64,000 bases of DNA from a bacterium (GTDB lineage Bacteria > UBA8248). The notes beneath the pieces were generated by a model. It was not told the origin of the DNA and searched no databases. It saw only the letters and a program-made list of their open reading frames with translations. Shown here one piece after another: positions 8,802 to 17,531 of this stretch. The position numbers were made by a program, and so were the translations under genes. The stretch covers positions 1,472,001 through 1,536,000 of the forward strand of contig OY843592.1 of the NCBI GenBank assembly GCA_963692865.2, given 5' to 3'. Numbering within the stretch: the stretch's first letter is position 1; each line of letters starts with the position of its first letter.

Positions 8802-10112
8802 ATGGCCGGTAGCGACAGACGGGTCGTGATCACCGGATACGGGGCGATGACGCCCCTGGGCGGGGACGTCGCCTCCACGTTCGACGCCGCGCGCGAGGGA
8901 CGCTCGGGAATCGACGTGGTTCGGCGCTTCGATCCCGAAAAACTGCCCTGCCGGATCGCCGGCGAAGTGGACGACGAGTGGATCGCCTCACAGGAGAACA
9001 GAGGCGGGCGCAGGCTCGACAAGTTCTCCACACGCGGCGTGCGCATGATGCGCGCCGCCGTATCCCAGGCGGCGCGGGCGGCGCGCCTGGGTGAAGTTTC
9101 AGAGCGCAAGCGAATCGGCGTCGCGCTCGGCTCCCACGGCGACCACCCCGACCTCGAAGAGTTGCTCCGCATATTTCCCTACTGGAAACCCGCGGACGGC
9201 GACCCCTTACAGGGCGGATGGGACATCGAGGGACTCAAGAGCCGCGGCGCCTATGATCTGATGACGTTTTTCCGAAGAAAGTCCGACGTAGCGACATCGG
9301 TCGTGGCTCTCGATTTCGATTGCCGGGGGCCCATGGTCTCCATATGCTCGGCCTGCGCGGCGGGAGCGCAGGCGATCGGCGAGTCGGTGCGCTTGATCCG
9401 CGACAAGAAGGCCGACGTCATGGTGGCGGGAGGCTGCGAGGCGCCCATCACGTACGTGGGGTTTCTTGGGTTCGTCCTGCTCACCGCGCTCGTGGAGCGG
9501 TACGAGACCCCGCAGAGCGCGTCCCGGCCCTTCGACAGGAGGCGAAACGGTTTCGTGATGTCAGAAGGCGCCGGCGCGATGATTCTCGAGAGCTACGCGC
9601 ACGCGCGCGCGCGGGGGGCCGGGATTCTCGGCGAAGTGCTCGGCTACGGCGATTCATCGGATGCGTTTCGCATCACCGACATGCACCCGAGGGGGCTGGG
9701 CGCGGTGTTCGCCATGAAAAAGGCGATAGAAGACGCCCGGCTCGCGCCCGATCAGGTCGAGTATATCAACGCGCACGGCACCTCGACACCCAAGAACGAT
9801 TCCACCGAGACGAGGGCCATCAAGGAGGTGTTCGGCGCTCACGCGGAGAAACTACCCGTCAGTTCCAACAAGTCCATGATCGGCCACACCATCGGCGCGG
9901 CGGGAGCCGTCGAGGCGATTCTCGCCGTGGAGGGGATGCGCCGCTCGGAGATACTGCCGACCATCAACTACCAGAACCGCGACCCCAAATGCGACCTCGA
10001 CTACGTGCCCAACGAGACGAGGGTGCAGGCCCACCGCGTGGCTCTATCCAACAGTTTCGGTTTCGGCGGGCAGAACGCCTGCCTTTGTCTGGGCGGCCCC
10101 GAACTCGCGTGA
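8802..10112 (+). CDS. Beta-ketoacyl-ACP synthase, FabF-like, intact Cys-His-His triad
   Basis: SACAAG, NAHGTST, GHTIGAAG, SNSFGFGG. Confidence 0.93.
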   Translation: MAGSDRRVVITGYGAMTPLGGDVASTFDAAREGRSGIDVVRRFDPEKLPCRIAGEVDDEWIASQENRGGRRLDKFSTRGVRMMRAAVSQAARAARLGEVSERKRIGVALGSHGDHPDLEELLRIFPYWKPADGDPLQGGWDIEGLKSRGAYDLMTFFRRKSDVATSVVALDFDCRGPMVSICSACAAGAQAIGESVRLIRDKKADVMVAGGCEAPITYVGFLGFVLLTALVERYETPQSASRPFDRRRNGFVMSEGAGAMILESYAHARARGAGILGEVLGYGDSSDAFRITDMHPRGLGAVFAMKKAIEDARLAPDQVEYINAHGTSTPKNDSTETRAIKEVFGAHAEKLPVSSNKSMIGHTIGAAGAVEAILAVEGMRRSEILPTINYQNRDPKCDLDYVPNETRVQAHRVALSNSFGFGGQNACLCLGGPELA

Positions 10113-11296
10113 ATTTTCCACCCGTTCCGATCACCGGCGTCGGCCTGGTAACGGCGGCGGGGGGAGGCGTCGAATCCGCCTGGGAGGCCCTTTGTGCGGG
10201 CCGCTCTCTTCTCGCTACGGACTCAGACCCCGAACTTGCCGGTTTCCCACCCATCGAAACGGCGCGGTGCGCGCGAATCGACCCCGAATCCATCGGGGCG
10301 GAACGCCGCGCGGCGAGAATCATGGGCCATCATACCCACATGCTCCTGGCGGCGGTTCACGATTTGATGGCCGACGCCCCTGCCCCGGAGATCGCGGAAG
10401 AAGATGTCGCCTTTTTCGCTGGGATGGACTCGGTCGATCCGGAAAAAGATGATTTGATCGGCGGGGTGAGGGAAACGGGTGGCCGGGTGGATCTCGCGCA
10501 TTTCTTCAGTGAGGGGATGAACGCCATCCCTCCGCTTTGGCCGCTGGGCCTGTTGAACGCGATAGGCTTCAGCCAGACGGCGATTCAGCACAGATGGCGC
10601 GGCGAGAACGCCGTTTTCAGCGCGGGCCCGGAGGCAACTGCGCGCGCCCTCTGCGAGGCGGCGGACTCGGTCGGATCAGGCAAGGCGAGGATCGCCCTCG
10701 CCGCCGGCGTGAGCGGGGTGATTTCCGCAAGAATGCTGGCCCGCGCCATGCGGCGGGGCGCGTGGCCTCAAGCGGGGGGGCTGGGCGAGGGAGCGGGTGT
10801 GATTCGCCTCGATAAGCCTCGGGACGCCGATCCATCGAAAATACTCTGCTGGCTCAAGGGGTATTCTTCCGTTCGCGCGCTCGAAAAAGGAGGTGGTCTC
10901 GCGCAGGCGATTCGAGATTCGGCCCGGGGTGCGCTCGCATGCGCCGGTCTCGCACCCGAACGGGTCGACCTCCTCGTGGTTCATGGAGAAGGAGAGCCTC
11001 GGGCGGACAATGCGGAGGAGGAAGCGATTCGCGCCCTTTTTGAAGATCACAAGCCCTGGGGGCTTGCGACGAAGGGCGTATTCGGCCACCTTTGGGGGGG
11101 AAGCCCGGCGCTGGACTTGATCATGGCGATGAAAGCCTTGTCCGAAGGCGCGGCGCCTCCGTCTCCTGCAGCGGAGAGTGGATTCTTCCGCGATGCGACG
11201 GATGGCTCCGGACGGGGTGAACTCAAAAACGCGCTCGTGCTTCTGCAGGGTTTCGACGGCGAGTGCGCTGCCCTTGTGGTGGGGAAACACGCTTGA
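10109..11296 (+). CDS. Ketosynthase-like protein lacking catalytic Cys (chain-length-factor-like)
   Basis: GTG start overlaps upstream TGA; ITGVGLVT, GEGAG, KGVFGH; FSAGPEA at the Cys position. Confidence 0.8.
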   Translation: MNFPPVPITGVGLVTAAGGGVESAWEALCAGRSLLATDSDPELAGFPPIETARCARIDPESIGAERRAARIMGHHTHMLLAAVHDLMADAPAPEIAEEDVAFFAGMDSVDPEKDDLIGGVRETGGRVDLAHFFSEGMNAIPPLWPLGLLNAIGFSQTAIQHRWRGENAVFSAGPEATARALCEAADSVGSGKARIALAAGVSGVISARMLARAMRRGAWPQAGGLGEGAGVIRLDKPRDADPSKILCWLKGYSSVRALEKGGGLAQAIRDSARGALACAGLAPERVDLLVVHGEGEPRADNAEEEAIRALFEDHKPWGLATKGVFGHLWGGSPALDLIMAMKALSEGAAPPSPAAESGFFRDATDGSGRGELKNALVLLQGFDGECAALVVGKHA

Positions 11297-11311
11297 CGGG
11301 AGAACAGGCAA

Positions 11312-11764
11312 TTGCGGTTTCTATATTTCGACCGGATCAAGGAGGCTGTGCGCGGCGAGCGCATCGTGGGCGTCAAGACGTTTCCGCTCACCGAAGCGTA
11401 CCTGAACGCCCATTTCAGCCGCGTCCCCCGCGTGCCCGGCTCGATCCTCATCGAGGCGATGGCGCAGATTACGGGGTGGCTCGTGATCTACACGTATGAT
11501 TTCAAGACCTCGTGCGTCATCTCGCTCATCGACGACGTGGAGGTGGCGAGCGACCTGCGTCCGGGCATTACCCTGGAAATTCATGGCGAGATAATCGACA
11601 CGAACGAACGGGCGAGCCTGTGCCGCGCGCGAATCGAAAAGGACGGCGTTTCCGTGGCGCGGGCCGAGCGGTTCGTGTACCCCCACTTTCCCAACGACGA
11701 TCCCGAGGGACTGAAAGAACGCTTCAGGCGCTACGGCTGGCTGGCGTTCGAGGAGACGGCATGA
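11312..11764 (+). CDS. FabZ/FabA-like hotdog dehydratase
   Basis: MRFLYFDRI, HF...PGSILIEAMAQ. Confidence 0.9.
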   Translation: MRFLYFDRIKEAVRGERIVGVKTFPLTEAYLNAHFSRVPRVPGSILIEAMAQITGWLVIYTYDFKTSCVISLIDDVEVASDLRPGITLEIHGEIIDTNERASLCRARIEKDGVSVARAERFVYPHFPNDDPEGLKERFRRYGWLAFEETA

Positions 11765-13026
11765 GCGCGCAGGTATTCATCACCGGACTCGGCATGGTGA
11801 CCTCCCTGGGCGCCGACGTGGAAACCTGCTGGCAGCGGGCGCTGGCCGGCGAATCGGGCCTCTCGCCGATCACGTCTTTCGACGCGAAGGAACTGCCGGT
11901 CGCCGGAGCGGGAGAGGTTTCGGAAGAGACGCTCCGCGCCATACGGGAGAGGCTGCCCGAGGAGTATACGGGCGAGGGGGAGCGCAGGGTGTTGTTCGCG
12001 CTCGACGCCGCGCAGAACGCGATGACGGACGCCGGGATGCGCCCCGGCGATTACGCGCCCGAACGCGCGGGCGTGGTGATGGGAACCGGACTGAGCAGCT
12101 ACCGGCTGGAGGATTTCATTACCTGGGCGGACCCGGAAAACGGCTTCGACGCCGCGCGCTTCGCCAAAGAGCTTGAGATGACGCACGCCTCCGGCTACTT
12201 CAACAACCCGCCCGAGCGGGCGACGTCGAAGATTGCGGAATGGTTCGAACTCGCAGGCCCCTCGGGAACCATCACCTCCGCCTGCGCGGCGGCGGGGCAG
12301 GCGATAGGACTCGGGATGCGCATGATCCGCAGGGGCGAGGCGGACGTGGTGCTGTGCGGCGGGGCCGATTCGATGATCCACCCCGTCGGGATGGCCATAT
12401 TCCTCCTGCTGGGCGCGGCGTCCAGGTCGAAAGCCCCCGTTTGCCGCCCGTTCGACAGGAAACGCTCGGGTCTCGCCGTGGGCGAAGGGGCGGGCGTGGC
12501 GGTGCTGGAATCGGAAGACCACGCGCGCGCGCGCGGCGTTGTGCCCTACGCCGCCCTCTCGGGCTACGGCGCTAGCATGGACTCCCATCAGGTCACGGCT
12601 CCGCACCCGGCGGGCCGGGGCGCGGTGCGCTCGATGCGCGAGGCGATGGAGGATGCGGGCCTCGCGCCCGGCGACGTCGCTTACGTCAACGCGCACGGCA
12701 CGGGCACGAAACTGAACGATCCGGTCGAAACCAGGGCGATTCGGGAGGTGTTCGGCGCGCGGGCGGATGCGCTGGCGGTGAGTTCGTCCAAATCCATGAT
12801 CGGGCACCTGATCGCCGCCTGCGGCGCGCCCGAATTCATCTTCACCGCCTTGAGCGTGGCGCGCGACATCGTGCATCCTACGACGAACCTGGAGAACCCG
12901 GACCCGAGGTGCGATCTCGACTACGTGGCCGGGGGGGCGCGGGAGATGCCCGTGCCCGCCGCCATCACGAATTCTTTTGGCTTCGGCGGACAAAACGCCA
13001 CCTTGCTCGTGAGAAAGGCGGCCTAG
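11761..13026 (+). CDS. Beta-ketoacyl-ACP synthase, FabF-like, intact triad
   Basis: ATG overlaps upstream TGA; SACAAAG, NAHGTGT, GHLIAA, NSFGFGG. Confidence 0.93.
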   Translation: MSAQVFITGLGMVTSLGADVETCWQRALAGESGLSPITSFDAKELPVAGAGEVSEETLRAIRERLPEEYTGEGERRVLFALDAAQNAMTDAGMRPGDYAPERAGVVMGTGLSSYRLEDFITWADPENGFDAARFAKELEMTHASGYFNNPPERATSKIAEWFELAGPSGTITSACAAAGQAIGLGMRMIRRGEADVVLCGGADSMIHPVGMAIFLLLGAASRSKAPVCRPFDRKRSGLAVGEGAGVAVLESEDHARARGVVPYAALSGYGASMDSHQVTAPHPAGRGAVRSMREAMEDAGLAPGDVAYVNAHGTGTKLNDPVETRAIREVFGARADALAVSSSKSMIGHLIAACGAPEFIFTALSVARDIVHPTTNLENPDPRCDLDYVAGGAREMPVPAAITNSFGFGGQNATLLVRKAA

Positions 13027-13043
13027 ATGAGAGGTGATGCAGA

Positions 13044-13796
13044 ATGAAAATCGACCTGAGCGGAAAAATCGCGCTGGTTACCGGAGGCGGGCGGGGCATC
13101 GGGCGCGCCTGCTGCGCGGCCCTGGCGGAGGCGGGCGCTTCTGTGGCGATCAACTACAGCCGCTCGGCGGAGGCCGCCGAGGAAGTAAAGAGGGAGATCG
13201 AGGCGGCGGGCGGCGAGGCGCGAACATACCAGGCCGACGTCTCTTCCTTCGAGGACGTGACGGCGATGTTCGAGCGGGTGAAGGCGGATTTCGGAACGCT
13301 CGATATCCTGGTGAACAACGCGGGCGTGATACAGGACGGCCTGCTGCTCACCATGAAGCCCGCCGGCTGGCGCAAGGTGCTCGGCGTGAGCCTGGACGGC
13401 GCTTACCACTGTACGAAGGCGGCGGGCGAGATCATGCTCAGGAAACGCTCGGGCAAGGTGATCAGCATCTCCTCGGTCGCCGGGGTCTTGGGCGGGGCCG
13501 GGCAGACGAACTACGCCTCCGCCAAGGCGGGCATCATCGCCTTCATGCGCGCCTGCGCCGCCGAGATGGGAAAGCGGGGCATCCAGTTCAACACCGTCTT
13601 GCCGGGCATGATCGTCACCGACATGAGCGAGCGCGTGCGCGAGAAGGGCGGCGACGTGATTTTGGGGCGCATACCGGCTGGCCGCTTCGGCGAGCCCGAG
13701 GACGTGGCCAGGCTCGTTGTGTTTCTGGCGTCGGCGGAATCGGACTACATCAACGGCCAGGCGATAGCCGTGGACGGCGGCCTGCTCACCGGCTAG
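13044..13796 (+). CDS. fabG: 3-oxoacyl-ACP reductase (FabG-like)
   Basis: TGGGRGIG, NNAG, GQTNYASAK. Confidence 0.9.
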   Translation: MKIDLSGKIALVTGGGRGIGRACCAALAEAGASVAINYSRSAEAAEEVKREIEAAGGEARTYQADVSSFEDVTAMFERVKADFGTLDILVNNAGVIQDGLLLTMKPAGWRKVLGVSLDGAYHCTKAAGEIMLRKRSGKVISISSVAGVLGGAGQTNYASAKAGIIAFMRACAAEMGKRGIQFNTVLPGMIVTDMSERVREKGGDVILGRIPAGRFGEPEDVARLVVFLASAESDYINGQAIAVDGGLLTG

Positions 13797-13814
13797 AGCG
13801 GGGGGATTTTCGGG

Positions 13815-14231
13815 ATGCGGCTGTACCAGGGGGTGGATTTGGTGGAGGTGGCGCGCTTGAAGGAAGCCTACGAGCGTCACGAGGCGTTCGGCGAGGACGT
13901 GTTCACCGAGGCCGAGCGGGCGTATTGCCTGAAGCGCCGCAACCCCTATCCCCATTTCGCGGCCCGCTTCGCGGCGAAAGAGGCCTGCCTCAAGGCCTTC
14001 GGCCTCGGCATTTCCGAGCCGGGCGGACTGGGCGGCCGGGGACGTCTGCGCGAGATCGAGGTGGAATCGGCGGCCTCGGGCAAGCCCACGCTCAAACTGA
14101 GCGGCTCGATGGAGCGCATGAGCGCGCGAAAGAAGATCACCCGGTCCACCATCTCGATGAGCCACACGCTGGAGTTGGCGGTCGCCCAGGTAATCCTCCT
14201 GGGCGAGGACGGGCCGGAAGAAGACGGATAA
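13815..14231 (+). CDS. acpS: Holo-ACP synthase (AcpS-type PPTase)
   Basis: GVDLVEV, RFAAKEA, GKP, SMSH. Confidence 0.93.
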   Translation: MRLYQGVDLVEVARLKEAYERHEAFGEDVFTEAERAYCLKRRNPYPHFAARFAAKEACLKAFGLGISEPGGLGGRGRLREIEVESAASGKPTLKLSGSMERMSARKKITRSTISMSHTLELAVAQVILLGEDGPEEDG

Positions 14232-14244
14232 GGGGGACGTTGAT

Positions 14245-14706
14245 TTGAGATACATGCTCGTGGACAGGGTGACGGCGTGGGACGCGGGAGTTTCCATCCA
14301 GGGGGTAAAGAACATCACGATGAGCGAGGATTTCCTGGAGTTTCATTTCCCCCGGTTTCCCGTCATGCCGGGCGCGCTGATATTCGAGGCGCTGGCGCAG
14401 CTCGCGGGCTGGCTCGAGGCGGCGGGTTCCGATTTCACGAGTTGGATACTTTTGGAAAAGGTTCGTAGCGTCAGGTACTATGGATTCGCCTTTCCCGGAG
14501 ATCAGGTTCTCCTGAGCGTGGAGGCGCGGGAAGAGGAAGAGGGACTCAAAAACTTCAGGGGCGTTGCCACCGTGGAGGGGGAGCGCCGGGTGGTCGCGGA
14601 TTTTGCCGGAAAGATGGCGCCGCTCGCGGATTATGAGGACCCCGATGAGCAGCGCCATCATTTTCGCGTTTTAAGACGCGAAATCCGGTTGAGCCAGGCG
14701 GGATGA
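14245..14706 (+). CDS. Second FabZ-like dehydratase
   Basis: LVDRV, HFPRFPVMPGALIFEALAQ. Confidence 0.9.
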   Translation: MRYMLVDRVTAWDAGVSIQGVKNITMSEDFLEFHFPRFPVMPGALIFEALAQLAGWLEAAGSDFTSWILLEKVRSVRYYGFAFPGDQVLLSVEAREEEEGLKNFRGVATVEGERRVVADFAGKMAPLADYEDPDEQRHHFRVLRREIRLSQAG

Positions 14707-14709
14707 GCG

Positions 14710-16008
14710 ATGCGAGGCGCGGAAGTGTGGATCACGGGCGTGGGGCTGCTGACCTCCATAGGCGAGAGCGCCCCGCAGAACTGGGCGTCGCTTCGCGCCG
14801 GAAAATGCGGGGTCGCCCATCATCCGAGCGAGGAGAAAGCGTCTCTCCCGGATAATTTCGCCTACCATGGCGCAATCCCCGGCCATGAAGACCCGCCCGA
14901 GGTGCCGCCCAAACTCGCGAGCCAGCGCAAATTCCTGAACAGAAGCTCCATCCTGGGGCTGTATGCGGCGGCGGAGGCGGTGGCCTGCGCCGGCCTCGAC
15001 ATGGGCGAAGTCGCGCCGGAGAGAAAATCCCTCTATGTGGGTTCGGGCGATTTCACGAGGGTGGGCTACGTGGATTTCTACGCCGCGCTCAAGCAGACGG
15101 CGGGCGATGCGTGGGACGCGCCCGAGCCCGCCTCCCTCAACGAGGCGACGCTCCACAGGGTAAGCCCCTTTTTCCTGCTCGAAGGCCTGCCCAACAACCT
15201 TTTCAGCTACCTGTCTGCGATGTACGAGTTCATGGGGCCGAACGGCAGTTTCTCGAGCCTTTCCTCATGCGGCGCGCAGGCGCTCGAGAACTGCGACCGC
15301 GTGCTTCGCTTCGGCGAGGCCGACGTGGGTCTGGTCGTGGGCTGCGGGAGCTGGGCGCACCCCATGGTGCTCCTGGAACTCGACGGCCTGGGCATTCTCT
15401 CCGCGGCGAAAGAGGGCGCCGCCTCGTTCCGGCCCTTCGACAGGAGGCGCGACGGGTTCTTCCCCGGAGAGGGCGCCGCCGCCCTGGTGCTGGAGAGCGC
15501 CGAATCCGCCCGCGCGCGGGGCGCGAAGCCCCTGGGCCGCGTACTGGGCACGGCGAATTGCCAGGAATTATCTTCGGAGCGTTATATTCCCGTACCCGTC
15601 GAAGCGGTGCGCCGTTCGATGGAATCGGCGGCGGCCGAGGCGGGCCTCGCGAGCGATGATCTGGCCTTCATCCTTCCCCACGGGAGCGCGACGCTCCAGG
15701 GAGACGCGGGTGAATTGTCCGCCTTGCTGACGTATAGCGGCAATGCGGAAGGTTCGATCCCGATCGCCGGCTGGAAGCCCTATACGGGACACATGGGCTC
15801 CGCCAGTGATCTGGCCGAGATCGTGCTGGGGCTCTGCGCCCTCAAAGACGGCCGCCTGCCGCCCACGCCGGGTTTCGAGCGCAAAGACGATGCCTTCGAG
15901 GCCCTCCACATTCCCACCGAAGAATGCGCCGTCGCGGGGGCCGCGTTCTTGTCCCTGAGTCACGGCATCGGCGGGCAATCCTCCGCGACCATCGTCGCCG
16001 CGCAGTGA
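14710..16008 (+). CDS. Ketosynthase-like protein with Cys-to-Ser at the catalytic position
   Basis: GPNGSFSSLSSCG aligns with GPSGTITSACAAA; RPFD, GEGAA, PHGSAT, GHMG. Confidence 0.85.
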   Translation: MRGAEVWITGVGLLTSIGESAPQNWASLRAGKCGVAHHPSEEKASLPDNFAYHGAIPGHEDPPEVPPKLASQRKFLNRSSILGLYAAAEAVACAGLDMGEVAPERKSLYVGSGDFTRVGYVDFYAALKQTAGDAWDAPEPASLNEATLHRVSPFFLLEGLPNNLFSYLSAMYEFMGPNGSFSSLSSCGAQALENCDRVLRFGEADVGLVVGCGSWAHPMVLLELDGLGILSAAKEGAASFRPFDRRRDGFFPGEGAAALVLESAESARARGAKPLGRVLGTANCQELSSERYIPVPVEAVRRSMESAAAEAGLASDDLAFILPHGSATLQGDAGELSALLTYSGNAEGSIPIAGWKPYTGHMGSASDLAEIVLGLCALKDGRLPPTPGFERKDDAFEALHIPTEECAVAGAAFLSLSHGIGGQSSATIVAAQ

Positions 16009-16991
16009 ACAAACCCGCAAAACGCAAGAAGAGAAAGCGCAGCAAGGACAAGAGCGCGTTTCATCAATGGGTGGAATACGCCCTGCTCGTCTCGCTTCTG
16101 AGGCTGGTTCGCCTGCTGCCCTACGGGGTCTGCCGCGCGGTCGCCGCCGCGGCGGGAGAGATGATTTTCCGGTTCGCACCGAGGAGGAGGCGCGTCGCGC
16201 GCGCCAACCTGCGCATCGCGTTCCCCGAACTCGACGAGGCGCAGCGTCTGGTTCTGGCGAGGCGCAGTTGCCGCGCGTTCATTCTCACCTGTCTGGAGGG
16301 GGCGAAGTTTCTCACCCGCTTCGAGGCGCAGCGGGCGAGGGAGACGGTGCGCGAGATCGTGGCCGGCGCGGAGGAGGCGATAGGAAAGGCGCGCGCGATT
16401 CACGAGGAGGCGGGCGGCTGCGTGTTCGTCGTGCCGCACCTGGGGAACTGGGAATGCCTCGCCCATGCCGGCGCGCTGGCGGAGATTCCGCTTACCATCC
16501 CCGTGCGTCCCCTGGACAACCGAAAGCTCGAAGCTTCGCTGTATGAAATGCGCGCATCATCGGGGCAGGAGATTCTCTCGAAGAAAAACGTTTTCTTTCA
16601 TCTGCGCGAGGCGTTGCGCAAGGGCCGTTCGGTGGCGATTCTCGCGGATCAGAACGCGGGCGGCGAGGGGATAGACGCGCCGTTTTTCGGCAGGCCCGCC
16701 AGGACGACGCCCGCCCCCGCCGCGCTCGCGGTTCTCTATAACCGGCCCATCGTCCTCATCTCGTGCCTGAGAAGAGGCGACGGCCGCCGCTACGAGGTAC
16801 TACTCAGCGAGCCGATAACGCCCGATATGGACGCAAAAAGCGCAAAGAAAGAAATGGAGAGGCTTACAAAGTTGGTGAACGAGGAGACGGAAAACTTCAT
16901 CCGAAAAGGGCCGGAGCAGTATCTATGGCTTCACGACAGGTGGAAGCTCACCAAAAACCAGGGACGGCCGCGTTGGGCCGATTCAGGGTGA
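16005..16991 (+). CDS. LpxL/HtrB-family lipid A (lysophospholipid) acyltransferase
   Basis: GTG overlaps upstream TGA; ARANLRIAFP, HLGNWE, LADQ, PFFG, PEQYLWLHDRWK. Confidence 0.9.
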   Translation: MNKPAKRKKRKRSKDKSAFHQWVEYALLVSLLRLVRLLPYGVCRAVAAAAGEMIFRFAPRRRRVARANLRIAFPELDEAQRLVLARRSCRAFILTCLEGAKFLTRFEAQRARETVREIVAGAEEAIGKARAIHEEAGGCVFVVPHLGNWECLAHAGALAEIPLTIPVRPLDNRKLEASLYEMRASSGQEILSKKNVFFHLREALRKGRSVAILADQNAGGEGIDAPFFGRPARTTPAPAALAVLYNRPIVLISCLRRGDGRRYEVLLSEPITPDMDAKSAKKEMERLTKLVNEETENFIRKGPEQYLWLHDRWKLTKNQGRPRWADSG

Positions 16992-17390
16992 AGATGGAGA
17001 GGAAGATACGGCTTCTTTCAGGCGCCTGAAGAAGGGAACGCCCAGTTTATCGAGTTTCGCCTCGAGCTTTTCCGTGCAGTCGCAATCGCCGCAGACGGGA
17101 TAACCCTCGCAGTCTTCGGGTTTCCGGGCGAAGCGCACGTCGATCTCCTCGAAATACGCCTCCCAGTAGGGCAGTTCCTCATACAGCTCATAACCCGGGC
17201 CGAACGCCTCGCGGCAGTAGCAGACCTCGAGCCAGCGCACCTCGCCCTTATCGGTGAGCCGCGCCTCTTTCATGCACTTGAGGAACGTCCGGTGCGCGAT
17301 GGAGCCCCGCCCGAGTTCGCCCGACTCGATGGCTTCGAGCAGGGCGGCGCTTTTGCCCTCGATGACTTTTCCGCGGACCAGATAACGCAT
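16983..17390 (-). CDS. Cys-rich hypothetical protein
   Basis: RBS GGAGG; CYC and CEGYPVCGDCDC motifs. Confidence 0.75.
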   Translation of the reverse strand: MRYLVRGKVIEGKSAALLEAIESGELGRGSIAHRTFLKCMKEARLTDKGEVRWLEVCYCREAFGPGYELYEELPYWEAYFEEIDVRFARKPEDCEGYPVCGDCDCTEKLEAKLDKLGVPFFRRLKEAVSSSPSSP

Positions 17391-17531
17391 GGAGCCTCCA
17401 CGCCTTTTTCATGAATCCTTCATTCGATTGTAACATAGGCGTTGTGATTCATGTATAGATTGGCGGATGCCTCGAACGTCGGAGGCGCACGGCGGCAGGA
17501 CGGGGAGCCCATAAACCTTGGAACAGGCGGT

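Noticed and set aside
9320-10108. N-terminal part of the 658-aa ORF (similarly the extensions at 11512, 19977, 59286 and 62053)
   Set aside because: Runs out of frame through the upstream gene or through repeats; protein-like sequence begins at the later starts used
7276-16991. Ladderane or aryl-polyene assignment
   Set aside because: No radical SAM, methyltransferase or desaturase genes; no AMP-ligase, LolA-like, MMPL or glycosyltransferase genes
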